NCBI GenBank assembly: GCA_002373675.1
Contig: DFLF01000002.1
Coordinates: forward strand, 65,984-129,983
Source: Pseudobutyrivibrio sp. UBA3626
Lineage (GTDB): Bacteria; Bacillota; Clostridia; Lachnospirales; Lachnospiraceae
Reading direction: 5' to 3'
DNA length: 64,000 nucleotides
The first letter of the stretch is position 1, and the number at the start of each line of letters is the position of its first letter. A program made the position numbers and the translations under genes. This document shows, piece by piece, positions 46,519 through 55,122 of this stretch. The notes beneath the pieces were generated by a model. That model searched no databases. It saw nothing but the letters and a program-made list of their open reading frames with translations, and was not told the DNA's origin.

Positions 46519-47955
46519 ATGGAAAGAGAAAATGCATGGAAGAAATATCAGAAGAATAATGAAGTTAGTAAAGTGATGGACTTTGCAAATGGATATAAGA
46601 AATTCCTATCCAATTGCAAGACAGAGAGAGAATGTACAAGTTATTTTGAAAAGAAAGCCAGAGACAGAGGTTTTATAAGTATAGAGGAAGCGATTAAGAA
46701 GAATAAGAAATTAAAAACCGGTGATAGAATCTATGCTACTAATATGGGTAAGGAAATAGCGCTTTTCGTAATAGGAAAAGAGGATTTGAGTAAGGGAATG
46801 AATATCTTAGGTGCTCATATTGATTCCCCAAGACTTGACCTCAAACAAAACCCTTTGTATGAAGACTCTGACATGGCTCTTCTTGATACTCACTATTATG
46901 GCGGTATTAAGAAGTATCAATGGGTTACAATTCCACTGGCTCTTCATGGAACTATTGCTAAAACTGATGGAACTACAGTAGATTTTTCAATCGGTGAAAG
47001 GGAGGATGATCCTGTATTTTGCATTACCGATTTGCTTATTCATTTGTCTGCAGATCAGATGTCCAAAGAAGCAAAGAAAGTCGTAGAGGGAGAGGACTTA
47101 AATGTTCTTGTAGGCTCTATGCCTTTTGGTGATGAGATTAAGAAGGACGCTGACAAGAAGGAGCTTGTCAAAAAGAATGTTCTTAATATTATTACAACAT
47201 ATTTTGAAAATCTCGATAAAGAAAATGGCAATAAGAAATATAATTTTAGAGAAGAAGATTTTATGTCCTGCGAGGTAGAGGTTGTGCCAGCAGGAAAAGC
47301 CAGAGACATGGGCATAGATAGAAGTATGATTCTTGGATATGGACATGATGATAGAGTATGCTCTTATCCAACCTTTGAAGCTGTTTGTAGAGCTAAGAAT
47401 CCTAAGAGAACAGTTTGTGGGCTTTTGGTTGATAAGGAAGAGATAGGAAGTGTTGGTGCTACTGGGATGAGTTCCAGATTTTTTGAAAATACTGTTGCCG
47501 AATTAATTAACTTATATACAGATTATTCTGACCTTTTGCTAAGAAGAACACTTTCTAATTCCTTTGCAATTTCATCAGATGTAAGCGGAGCATTTGACAG
47601 TATATACAGTAGTGCTTTTGAAAAGAAAAACAGTGCATATCTTGGTAGAGGATTTGCAGTGAATAAATATACAGGTGCCAGAGGAAAATCAGGATCTAAT
47701 GACGCTAGTGCAGAATACGTGGGAAAGATTCGAAGCATATTTGAAGATAATGATATCTATTATCAGATATGTGAACTTGGCAAAGTTGACCAGGGCGGCG
47801 GTGGAACAATTGCCTATATATTTGGTAATTATAATATGAACGTAATTGATGGAGGAGTTGCAGTTCTTAGCATGCATGCTCCATATGAAGTAATCAGCAA
47901 AGTTGATTTATATGAAGCTTATAAGGCGTATGTAGCATTTGCAATGAATGCGTAA
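46519..47955 (+). CDS. M18-family aminopeptidase
   Basis: 478 aa from ATG 46519. Motifs are GAHIDSPRLDLK, DTHYYGGIKKYQW, GYGHDDR and LSMHAPYE. The 41-codon upstream extension in the ORF track overlaps hprK and is rejected. Confidence 0.85.
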   Translation: MERENAWKKYQKNNEVSKVMDFANGYKKFLSNCKTERECTSYFEKKARDRGFISIEEAIKKNKKLKTGDRIYATNMGKEIALFVIGKEDLSKGMNILGAHIDSPRLDLKQNPLYEDSDMALLDTHYYGGIKKYQWVTIPLALHGTIAKTDGTTVDFSIGEREDDPVFCITDLLIHLSADQMSKEAKKVVEGEDLNVLVGSMPFGDEIKKDADKKELVKKNVLNIITTYFENLDKENGNKKYNFREEDFMSCEVEVVPAGKARDMGIDRSMILGYGHDDRVCSYPTFEAVCRAKNPKRTVCGLLVDKEEIGSVGATGMSSRFFENTVAELINLYTDYSDLLLRRTLSNSFAISSDVSGAFDSIYSSAFEKKNSAYLGRGFAVNKYTGARGKSGSNDASAEYVGKIRSIFEDNDIYYQICELGKVDQGGGGTIAYIFGNYNMNVIDGGVAVLSMHAPYEVISKVDLYEAYKAYVAFAMNA

Positions 47956-48073
47956 TAGTGGAAAGATGTGCAATTTGCGCAAAAAATCCTATATTATCTT
48001 TCTTTTTTATTGATTATAAATATATATATTATTTGTCAAATGCTATATAGTTAATGTAAGTGGAAAAAGACGT

Positions 48074-48985
48074 ATGAAACAAGAGTTTATTGATAGATTA
48101 TTAACAATTGTAGATAAAGATAATGTGTTACTCGATGAACCTATGAGCAGGCATACTACATTTCGTATAGGCGGAAATGCTGATGTGCTCGTGGAGATTT
48201 CTAGAGACGAGATAGTAGATGTTATTAAGCTGTGCTGTAGTGAAAATGTTCCCTATACAGTACTTGGAAATGGGAGTAATGTATTAGTCGGTGATAAAGG
48301 TATTAGAGGCGTTACAATTTCTATTGGTAAACGAATGTCTAATATTACAGTTGTATCAGATGTTATAAAAGCAGAAGCAGGTGCATTGCTTTCGAGAGCA
48401 GCTAATTTTGCATTGAATGAGAAGCTTTCCGGAATGGAATTTGCAGCAGGGATACCTGGTTCAGTAGGTGGGGCGGTACTTATGAATGCTGGAGCCTATG
48501 GTGGAGAGATAAAAGATATTCTTGTGTCTGCAGATGTACTTACTCCTGAGGGAGTAGTTAAATGTTATTCTTGTCAGGATTTGGATTTGTCATATAGACA
48601 TAGCAGGATAATGGACGAAGGTGGCATTGTACTTAGCGCAGAGTTTAGATTGACGGTGGGGGATTATGACAATATTAAATCCCTTATGCAGGATTTTAAT
48701 TCTAGAAGAATCGAAAAGCAACCACTTAATTATCCTAGTGCCGGATCAACATTTAAGCGACCTAAAGGATATTTCGCCGGCAAGTTAATCGAAGATTCTA
48801 ACTTACGAGGTTATAAAGTCGGTGGTGCAATGGTGTCAGAAAAGCATTGCGGATTTGTGATTAATTATGAGAATGCATCTGCAAATGATGTTAGAGTTCT
48901 TATGGAAGATGTATCAAAAAAGGTTTATGAAGATTCAAATGTCCGATTAGAACCTGAAGTTAGATTTATAGGAGAGTTTGAATGA
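48074..48985 (+). CDS. murB: UDP-N-acetylmuramate dehydrogenase
   Basis: 303-aa ORF with TFRIGGNADVLV, LGNGSNVLV and GSTFKRP. Confidence 0.92.
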   Translation: MKQEFIDRLLTIVDKDNVLLDEPMSRHTTFRIGGNADVLVEISRDEIVDVIKLCCSENVPYTVLGNGSNVLVGDKGIRGVTISIGKRMSNITVVSDVIKAEAGALLSRAANFALNEKLSGMEFAAGIPGSVGGAVLMNAGAYGGEIKDILVSADVLTPEGVVKCYSCQDLDLSYRHSRIMDEGGIVLSAEFRLTVGDYDNIKSLMQDFNSRRIEKQPLNYPSAGSTFKRPKGYFAGKLIEDSNLRGYKVGGAMVSEKHCGFVINYENASANDVRVLMEDVSKKVYEDSNVRLEPEVRFIGEFE

Positions 48986-49845
48986 GATTACTTCTTCTTA
49001 CTGGAATGTCGGGAGCAGGAAAGAATTCTGCTTTCAAAATACTAGAAGATATTGGATATGATTGTGTAGATAATCTTCCCATTCCACTGCTTAGGAGTTT
49101 TGTTGCGCTTGCATTTGAAGAATATAGTGATAGGAATCTTGTTGTAGGAATTGATGCAAGGGCAGGTAAAGGTATAAATGAAGTAGCAAAGATTCTTGAT
49201 GACTACAAAAGTGAGATAGATATTCTCTATTTAGATGCCGATGATGCTACTTTGATGAAGCGCTATAAAGAGACTAGAAGAACTCACCCTCTAACGGGAC
49301 CTATGAATATACAAGCGGGAATATATGAAGAACGAGAGGCTACAAGTTTTCTTCTTGAGAGGGCAGATTACATAATAGATACTACACACCTTCTTGTAAG
49401 AGATTTGAAAGAAGAGTTAACTAAGATATTTCTTGATGGTGGAGAATATAAGAACCTATATGTCACCGTGATGTCTTTTGGATTCAAATACGGTATACCT
49501 ATAGATGCTGATCTGGTATTTGATGTTAGATTTTTGCCAAATCCATTTTATATACCGGAATTGCAACCCTTAACAGGTAATGATAAGCCGGTACGAGATT
49601 ATGTGATGAATTCAAATGAAGCAAAAGAATTTGTTAAAAAACTCGAAGATATGGTCAGGTTTCTTATTCCTAATTATATAAAAGAAGGTAAGAATCAACT
49701 TGTCATATGTATTGGATGTACAGGTGGCAAACATCGTTCTATTACACTTGCAAATGAGCTTTATAATGCACTTCTGGATTGTACAGATGTTGGAATCAGA
49801 GTGGAACATCGTGATATGGAAAAGGATAGGGCAAGAGGTAAATAG
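48982..49845 (+). CDS. rapZ: RNase adapter protein RapZ (YvcJ)
   Basis: Walker A GMSGAGKNSA, then DNLP and DVRFLPNPFY, with CTGGKHRS at the C-terminus. Confidence 0.9.
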   Translation: MRLLLLTGMSGAGKNSAFKILEDIGYDCVDNLPIPLLRSFVALAFEEYSDRNLVVGIDARAGKGINEVAKILDDYKSEIDILYLDADDATLMKRYKETRRTHPLTGPMNIQAGIYEEREATSFLLERADYIIDTTHLLVRDLKEELTKIFLDGGEYKNLYVTVMSFGFKYGIPIDADLVFDVRFLPNPFYIPELQPLTGNDKPVRDYVMNSNEAKEFVKKLEDMVRFLIPNYIKEGKNQLVICIGCTGGKHRSITLANELYNALLDCTDVGIRVEHRDMEKDRARGK

Positions 49846-49847
49846 AT

Positions 49848-50747
49848 ATGTCATTTTCTAGTGACGTAAAGAGCGAATTATATGGTAGCATAAGTAAGGC
49901 GAGACATTGTCAGATTGCAGAACTGTCTGCAATAATCAGTTTTGGATGCAGGATTGATGTAGAGGATAATAATAGTACGATATGTCTTGAGCAACATAAT
50001 GAAAGATTGCAAAAGAAACTGTTTTTTCTTATTAAAAAGACTAACTTATTTAATGAGAGTGATGGCATTTTGAAAGAAAATGTGGAAGAGATACTTAAGG
50101 CATGCAAGTTTACTTATAAAGAATCAATAGAAGATTCTCAATTAGACTACGTTAATAAAATGGTTTTTCAACAGCCATGCTGTAAGAAGGCTTTTATAAG
50201 AGGTGCCTTTTTGTCGTCTGGAACCATTAGTGATCCGAATAAGTCTTATCATTTTGAGATTGTTTCAAGAACTGAAAGACAAGCGGATGAATTAAAAGAG
50301 GTTTTGGAATTCTTTCAAGTTGGGGCGAAGATTGTACGCCGAAAAAATCATTTTGTGGTATACTTAAAGGAAGGTTCGCATATAGTTGATGTTCTAAACG
50401 TCATGGGGGCTCATAAATCCCTTATGGATTTGGAGAACGTCAGGATTGTAAAAGAAATGCGAAATTCTGTTAATAGAAAAGTAAATTGTGAGACTGCTAA
50501 TATATCTAAGATGATTAATGCATCTGTTAAACAGATAGAAGACATACATTATATAGAGAAAAGAATAGGTTTATCTAATCTGCCAGAGGTTCTTGGGGAA
50601 ATGGCTACTGTTCGATTAGAGCATCCAGACGCTCCCCTTAAAGAATTGGGTGAATATCTTTCTACGCCTATTGGTAAGAGCGGAGTTAACCATCGATTAC
50701 GTAGAATCAGCGATATAGCTGATAAACTTAGAAACCAGGAGGAATAG
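49848..50747 (+). CDS. whiA: DNA-binding protein WhiA
   Basis: MSFSSDVKSEL N-terminus, a degenerate LAGLIDADG region (FIRGAFLSSG), and a C-terminal HTH (KSGVNHRLRRI). Confidence 0.9.
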   Translation: MSFSSDVKSELYGSISKARHCQIAELSAIISFGCRIDVEDNNSTICLEQHNERLQKKLFFLIKKTNLFNESDGILKENVEEILKACKFTYKESIEDSQLDYVNKMVFQQPCCKKAFIRGAFLSSGTISDPNKSYHFEIVSRTERQADELKEVLEFFQVGAKIVRRKNHFVVYLKEGSHIVDVLNVMGAHKSLMDLENVRIVKEMRNSVNRKVNCETANISKMINASVKQIEDIHYIEKRIGLSNLPEVLGEMATVRLEHPDAPLKELGEYLSTPIGKSGVNHRLRRISDIADKLRNQEE

Positions 50748-50750
50748 TTA

Positions 50751-51005
50751 ATGAAGAAGGAAGTTGCTGTAAGGATGTCGGAGGAATTTGGAGCAACACC
50801 TATTGCACATCTTGTGCAATTAGCTAATCAATATGAAAGCAGAATTTATATTGAAGTTGATTCTAAGAAAGTAAATGCTAAATCAATTATGGGTATGATG
50901 AGTCTGGTATTGTCAGAAGGACAAATTGTTCAGATAGTTGCAGAAGGCCCAGATGAAGAAGATGCTTGTAATGGTCTCGAAGTATTTTTCCAGAATAATA
51001 TTTAA
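50751..51005 (+). CDS. HPr-like protein lacking His15 (Crh-like)
   Basis: 84-aa ORF. The active-site loop FGATPIA has Ala where HPr has His15. The Ser46 regulatory site is conserved (NAKSIMGMMSL). It lies directly after whiA, as crh does in the Bacillus yvc operon. Confidence 0.75.
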   Translation: MKKEVAVRMSEEFGATPIAHLVQLANQYESRIYIEVDSKKVNAKSIMGMMSLVLSEGQIVQIVAEGPDEEDACNGLEVFFQNNI

Positions 51006-51019
51006 TTGGGAGAAAAGTA

Positions 51020-51904
51020 ATGGAAAGACTTCTTTTTATCTTTAACAGACATTCTGGTAAAGGCCAAATCAAGGATTCCCTAGTAGATATTATTGATATT
51101 TTTGTCAAAGAAAAATATGATGTGACTGTTTATACAACTCAATCACAGGGAGATGCTATTTTGAAAGTCATGAATTCTGTAAATGAATTTGACAGAATAG
51201 TATGTTCAGGCGGTGATGGAACACTAGATGAAGTTGTAACAGGTATTATGAAATCAAAAGTTAGAATTCCAGTTGGATATATTCCTGCCGGCTCTACTAA
51301 TGATTTTGGTAATTCACTTGGAATAGATAAGGAAATGGAAAGGTCGGCTTCAATTGCTGCAAGAGGCGAACTGTTCCCTTGCGATGTAGGAAAATTCGGA
51401 GACGATTATTTTATATACGTTGCAGCATTTGGCATATTTACAGAGACAAGCTATTCTACTAGTCAAAAGTTGAAAAATGCTTTAGGTCATGCAGCATATC
51501 TTCTAGAAGGAATTAAACAAGTTAATAATGTTCCAAGTTATCATATAAGAATTGAATGTGGAGATACTGTAATTGAAGATGACTTTATATATGGAATGAT
51601 AACTAATTCCTTGTCAGTCGGTGGATTTACAGGAATTATCAAAGGGGAAGTGGGGCTTAGTGACGGACTTTTTGAAGGCTGTTTTGTGAAAAGCCCAAAG
51701 AACATGCTAGAGCTTAACGATGCACTGGCTTATCTTACAGGATTAAAAAAGACTTCGGCACAGGTATATAATTTCCAAAGTAGTAGCTTTAAATTATATT
51801 GTGATGAAGAATTGCCATGGACCCTCGATGGGGAATACGGTGGCAAACACAAAGGTATAGACATTGAATGTTGCCACGAGGCAATAGATATACTTGTTGA
51901 GTAA
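51020..51904 (+). CDS. Diacylglycerol kinase family lipid kinase (YegS/BmrU/DagK-like)
   Basis: 294-aa ORF with NRHSGKG, CSGGDGTLDEVV and IPAGSTNDF. Confidence 0.85.
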   Translation: MERLLFIFNRHSGKGQIKDSLVDIIDIFVKEKYDVTVYTTQSQGDAILKVMNSVNEFDRIVCSGGDGTLDEVVTGIMKSKVRIPVGYIPAGSTNDFGNSLGIDKEMERSASIAARGELFPCDVGKFGDDYFIYVAAFGIFTETSYSTSQKLKNALGHAAYLLEGIKQVNNVPSYHIRIECGDTVIEDDFIYGMITNSLSVGGFTGIIKGEVGLSDGLFEGCFVKSPKNMLELNDALAYLTGLKKTSAQVYNFQSSSFKLYCDEELPWTLDGEYGGKHKGIDIECCHEAIDILVE

Positions 51905-51968
51905 TTGTTGAATGGATGTTCCATTTAGGATATAATTATATATGAAGTTTTAATAAGGAGGATTTGTG

Positions 51969-52832
51969 ATGATAGTAAACGCAAAAGAAATGTTACAAAA
52001 GGCTAAGGCAGGTCATTATGCTGTTGGTCAATTTAATATTAATAACCTGGAATGGACAAAGTCTATTCTTTTAACTGCAGAGGAATGCAAGTCACCAGTA
52101 ATTCTTGGTGTATCTGAAGGTGCTGGAAAGTATATGACAGGATTTAAGACTGTTGCAGCTATGGTTAAGGCTATGGATGAAGAGCTTGGTATTACAGTTC
52201 CTGTAGCTATTCATTTAGACCATGGTACATACGAAGGATGTTATAAGTGTATTAAGGCAGGATTCACATCAATTATGTTTGATGGCTCATCTCTACCTAT
52301 TGATGAAAATGTTGCTAAGACTAAGGAGTTAGTTGCTGTATCTCACAACCTGGGTCTTTCAATCGAAGCTGAAGTAGGAGCTATCGGTGGTGAAGAAGAT
52401 GGAGTTGTAGGACAAGGTGAATGTGCAGATCCTGATGAGTGTAAGGCAGTTGCAGACCTTGGCGTTGATATGCTTGCAGCAGGTATTGGTAATATTCATG
52501 GTAAATATCCTGCAAACTGGGCTGGATTATCATTTGAGACATTAGATGCAATCCAGCAGAAGACAGGTGAGATGCCTCTTGTACTTCATGGTGGAACAGG
52601 TATTCCTGAAGATATGATTAAGAAAGCTATTGATCTTGGTGTATCTAAGATTAATGTTAATACAGAGTGTCAATTATCATTTGCTGCAGCTACAAGAGAA
52701 TATATTGAGGCAGGCAAGGATAATGAAGGTAAGGGTTATGACCCAAGAAAGCTTCTTGCACCAGGTGCTGAAGCAATCAAAGCTACTGTTAAAGAGAAGA
52801 TGGAATTATTCGGATCAGTTAACAAGGCTTAA
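51969..52832 (+). CDS. fba: Class II fructose-1,6-bisphosphate aldolase
   Basis: IVNAKEMLQKAKAGHYAVGQFNINNLEW, HLDHG, and the GNIHG / LVLHGG.G motifs. An AAGGAGGA Shine-Dalgarno lies 6-7 nt upstream of ATG 51969. Confidence 0.92.
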   Translation: MIVNAKEMLQKAKAGHYAVGQFNINNLEWTKSILLTAEECKSPVILGVSEGAGKYMTGFKTVAAMVKAMDEELGITVPVAIHLDHGTYEGCYKCIKAGFTSIMFDGSSLPIDENVAKTKELVAVSHNLGLSIEAEVGAIGGEEDGVVGQGECADPDECKAVADLGVDMLAAGIGNIHGKYPANWAGLSFETLDAIQQKTGEMPLVLHGGTGIPEDMIKKAIDLGVSKINVNTECQLSFAAATREYIEAGKDNEGKGYDPRKLLAPGAEAIKATVKEKMELFGSVNKA

Positions 52833-52847
52833 TTACTTAGATGAATC

Positions 52848-52878
52848 GGGTGCTACGATTTTCGCAGCGCCCTTTTTT
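52848..52878 (+). terminator. Intrinsic terminator after fba, abutting the glnN ribosome-binding site
   Basis: GGGTGCT (52848-52854) pairs with AGCGCCC (52866-52872) with one G-U pair and two further inner pairs. T6 follows at 52873-52878. Confidence 0.8.
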
Positions 52879-52895
52879 AGTAGAAAGGGAAATAC

Positions 52896-55046
52896 GTGAA
52901 AAACATGGAAGAGAATTTGCAAAACAACGGAGAGTATTTTAATGTAGCTGATATATTCGGAGAGAATGTCTTTAACGATGCTGTAATGAGACAGAGACTT
53001 CCGAAGAAGACATATCAGATGCTTAAGGAAACAATTCGTCTTGGTAAGCAACTTGACCTTGAAACGGCGGATGTTATTGCTCACGAGATGAAAGAATGGG
53101 CTATAGAGAAGGGTGCAACTCACTATTCTCACTGGTTTCAACCCCTTAATGGTATTACTGCGGAAAAGCATGATTCTTTTATTTCGGCTCCAATGTCAAG
53201 CGGAAAAGTACTTATGAGCTTTTCCGGAAAGGAACTTATTAAGGGAGAGCCTGATGCGTCTTCGTTTCCATCAGGAGGTTTGAGAGCAACATTTGAAGCA
53301 AGAGGATATACTACATGGGATTGTACTTCCCCTGCATTTGTCAGACAGGATGCAGCAGGTGCAACATTATGTATTCCTACAGCGTTCTGTACCTTTACAG
53401 GAGAAGCATTAGATCAGAAGACTCCTCTTCTTCGTTCTATGGAAGCTCTTAATGAACAGGCGTTAAGATTCATAAGACTATTTGGTAATACTACTTCAAA
53501 GCGAGTTATTCCGTGTGTTGGTGCTGAACAGGAATATTTCCTTGTTGATAGAAACATGTATAATGCAAGGAAAGATTTAATTTATACTGGAAGAACGTTG
53601 TTTGGTGCTATGCCTCCTAAGGGACAAGAGATGGAGGATCATTATTTTGGTGCTATTAAAGAACGAGTGGCATCATATATGAGAGATGTTAACAAAGAGC
53701 TCTGGAAGCTGGGCGTTACTGCCAAGACGCAGCATAATGAAGCTGCTCCTGCTCAACATGAACTTGCACCAATTTACGAACAGGCCAATGTTGCAGTCGA
53801 CCATAATCAGCTTACAATGGAGACTCTTAAAAAGGTGGCAACACGTCATGATATGTATTGTTTGCTACATGAGAAACCTTTTGCTGGCGTTAATGGTTCA
53901 GGTAAACACAATAACTGGTCTCTGGTTACAGATGATGGAATTAACCTCTTTGACCCTGGTAAAACTGTTCATGAGAATACGCAGTTCTTGCTTATGTTAT
54001 GTGCTGTTCTATCGGCGGTAGATAAGCATGCGGCACTTCTTAGAGAGTCGGCTGCAGATATCGGAAATGACCATAGATTAGGAGCTGATGAGGCGCCTCC
54101 AGCTATTATTTCAGTATATCTTGGGGAACAATTATCTGATGTTTTAGATCAGCTTATTGATACAGGAACAGCGACTCATAGTATTAAGCGTGAGAGAATG
54201 GATACAGGAGTAAATGTGCTTCCTGATTTTAAAAAGGATGCTACTGATAGAAACAGAACTTCTCCATTCGCATTTACTGGTAATAAGTTTGAATTTCGTA
54301 TGGTAGGCTCAAGAGATTCTGTTGGCGAACCTAATATAGTTCTTAATACAATACTTGCAGAAAGCTTAGCTGATATTTGTGATAGAGTTGAAGCAAGTGA
54401 TAATAAGGATAAAGAGATACATGACATAATAAAGGAACTTGCCACTAAGCACGAAAGAATCGTGTTTAATGGTAATGGATACTCTGCTGAGTGGGTACAG
54501 GAAGCAGAGAGAAGAGGACTACCTAATATTCCATCAATGGTGCAGGCTATACCGGCACTTACAAGTGATGATTCAGTTAAGCTTTTTGAAAGGTTTGGTG
54601 TCTTCTCTGAGGCAGAACTTGAATCAAGAGCTGAGATTGAGTACGAATTCTATGCTAAAACTATTAATATCGAAGCAAGAACTATGATTGATATTGCCAG
54701 AAAACAAATAATACCATCGATTATAGAATATACTACGAGACTTGCTAATTCTATTAACCAGGTGAAGAAGGCTTGCGATAAAGCAAATGTCAGCGCTCAG
54801 GAAGAGATTCTTATTCAAGTATCTGATAATCTAAGCTTGGTAAAGGATAAGCTTGATAATCTAGAAGGCAAGATGCCGGCGGTAAATGATATTCTTGAAA
54901 CAGACAAAAAGGCAGTGTACTTTCATGATGTAATAATCCCTGCAATGAATGAATTAAGAGAGCCGGTAGATAAGTTAGAAATGCTTGTAGAGAAAAATGC
55001 ATGGCCAATGCCATCTTATGGAGACTTATTATTTGGCTTATATTAG
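52896..55046 (+). CDS. glnN: Type III glutamine synthetase
   Basis: 716-aa ORF, the size and motif pattern of GSIII: [31 protein letters not shown] and [13 protein letters not shown] start at 52896, or ATG at 52905. Confidence 0.88.
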   Translation: MKNMEENLQNNGEYFNVADIFGENVFNDAVMRQRLPKKTYQMLKETIRLGKQLDLETADVIAHEMKEWAIEKGATHYSHWFQPLNGITAEKHDSFISAPMSSGKVLMSFSGKELIKGEPDASSFPSGGLRATFEARGYTTWDCTSPAFVRQDAAGATLCIPTAFCTFTGEALDQKTPLLRSMEALNEQALRFIRLFGNTTSKRVIPCVGAEQEYFLVDRNMYNARKDLIYTGRTLFGAMPPKGQEMEDHYFGAIKERVASYMRDVNKELWKLGVTAKTQHNEAAPAQHELAPIYEQANVAVDHNQLTMETLKKVATRHDMYCLLHEKPFAGVNGSGKHNNWSLVTDDGINLFDPGKTVHENTQFLLMLCAVLSAVDKHAALLRESAADIGNDHRLGADEAPPAIISVYLGEQLSDVLDQLIDTGTATHSIKRERMDTGVNVLPDFKKDATDRNRTSPFAFTGNKFEFRMVGSRDSVGEPNIVLNTILAESLADICDRVEASDNKDKEIHDIIKELATKHERIVFNGNGYSAEWVQEAERRGLPNIPSMVQAIPALTSDDSVKLFERFGVFSEAELESRAEIEYEFYAKTINIEARTMIDIARKQIIPSIIEYTTRLANSINQVKKACDKANVSAQEEILIQVSDNLSLVKDKLDNLEGKMPAVNDILETDKKAVYFHDVIIPAMNELREPVDKLEMLVEKNAWPMPSYGDLLFGLY

Positions 55047-55062
55047 ATAATATAATTAATAA

Positions 55063-55093
55063 AGGAGGTGTGTAAATTATATACACACCTCCT
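55063..55093. terminator. Bidirectional intrinsic terminator between glnN and the PBP1A gene
   Basis: AGGAGGTGTGTA (55063-55074) pairs with TACACACCTCCT (55082-55093). A-rich upstream and T-rich downstream. Confidence 0.85.
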
Positions 55094-55122
55094 ATTTTAC
55101 TTTACTTATATAGAAAACCACG

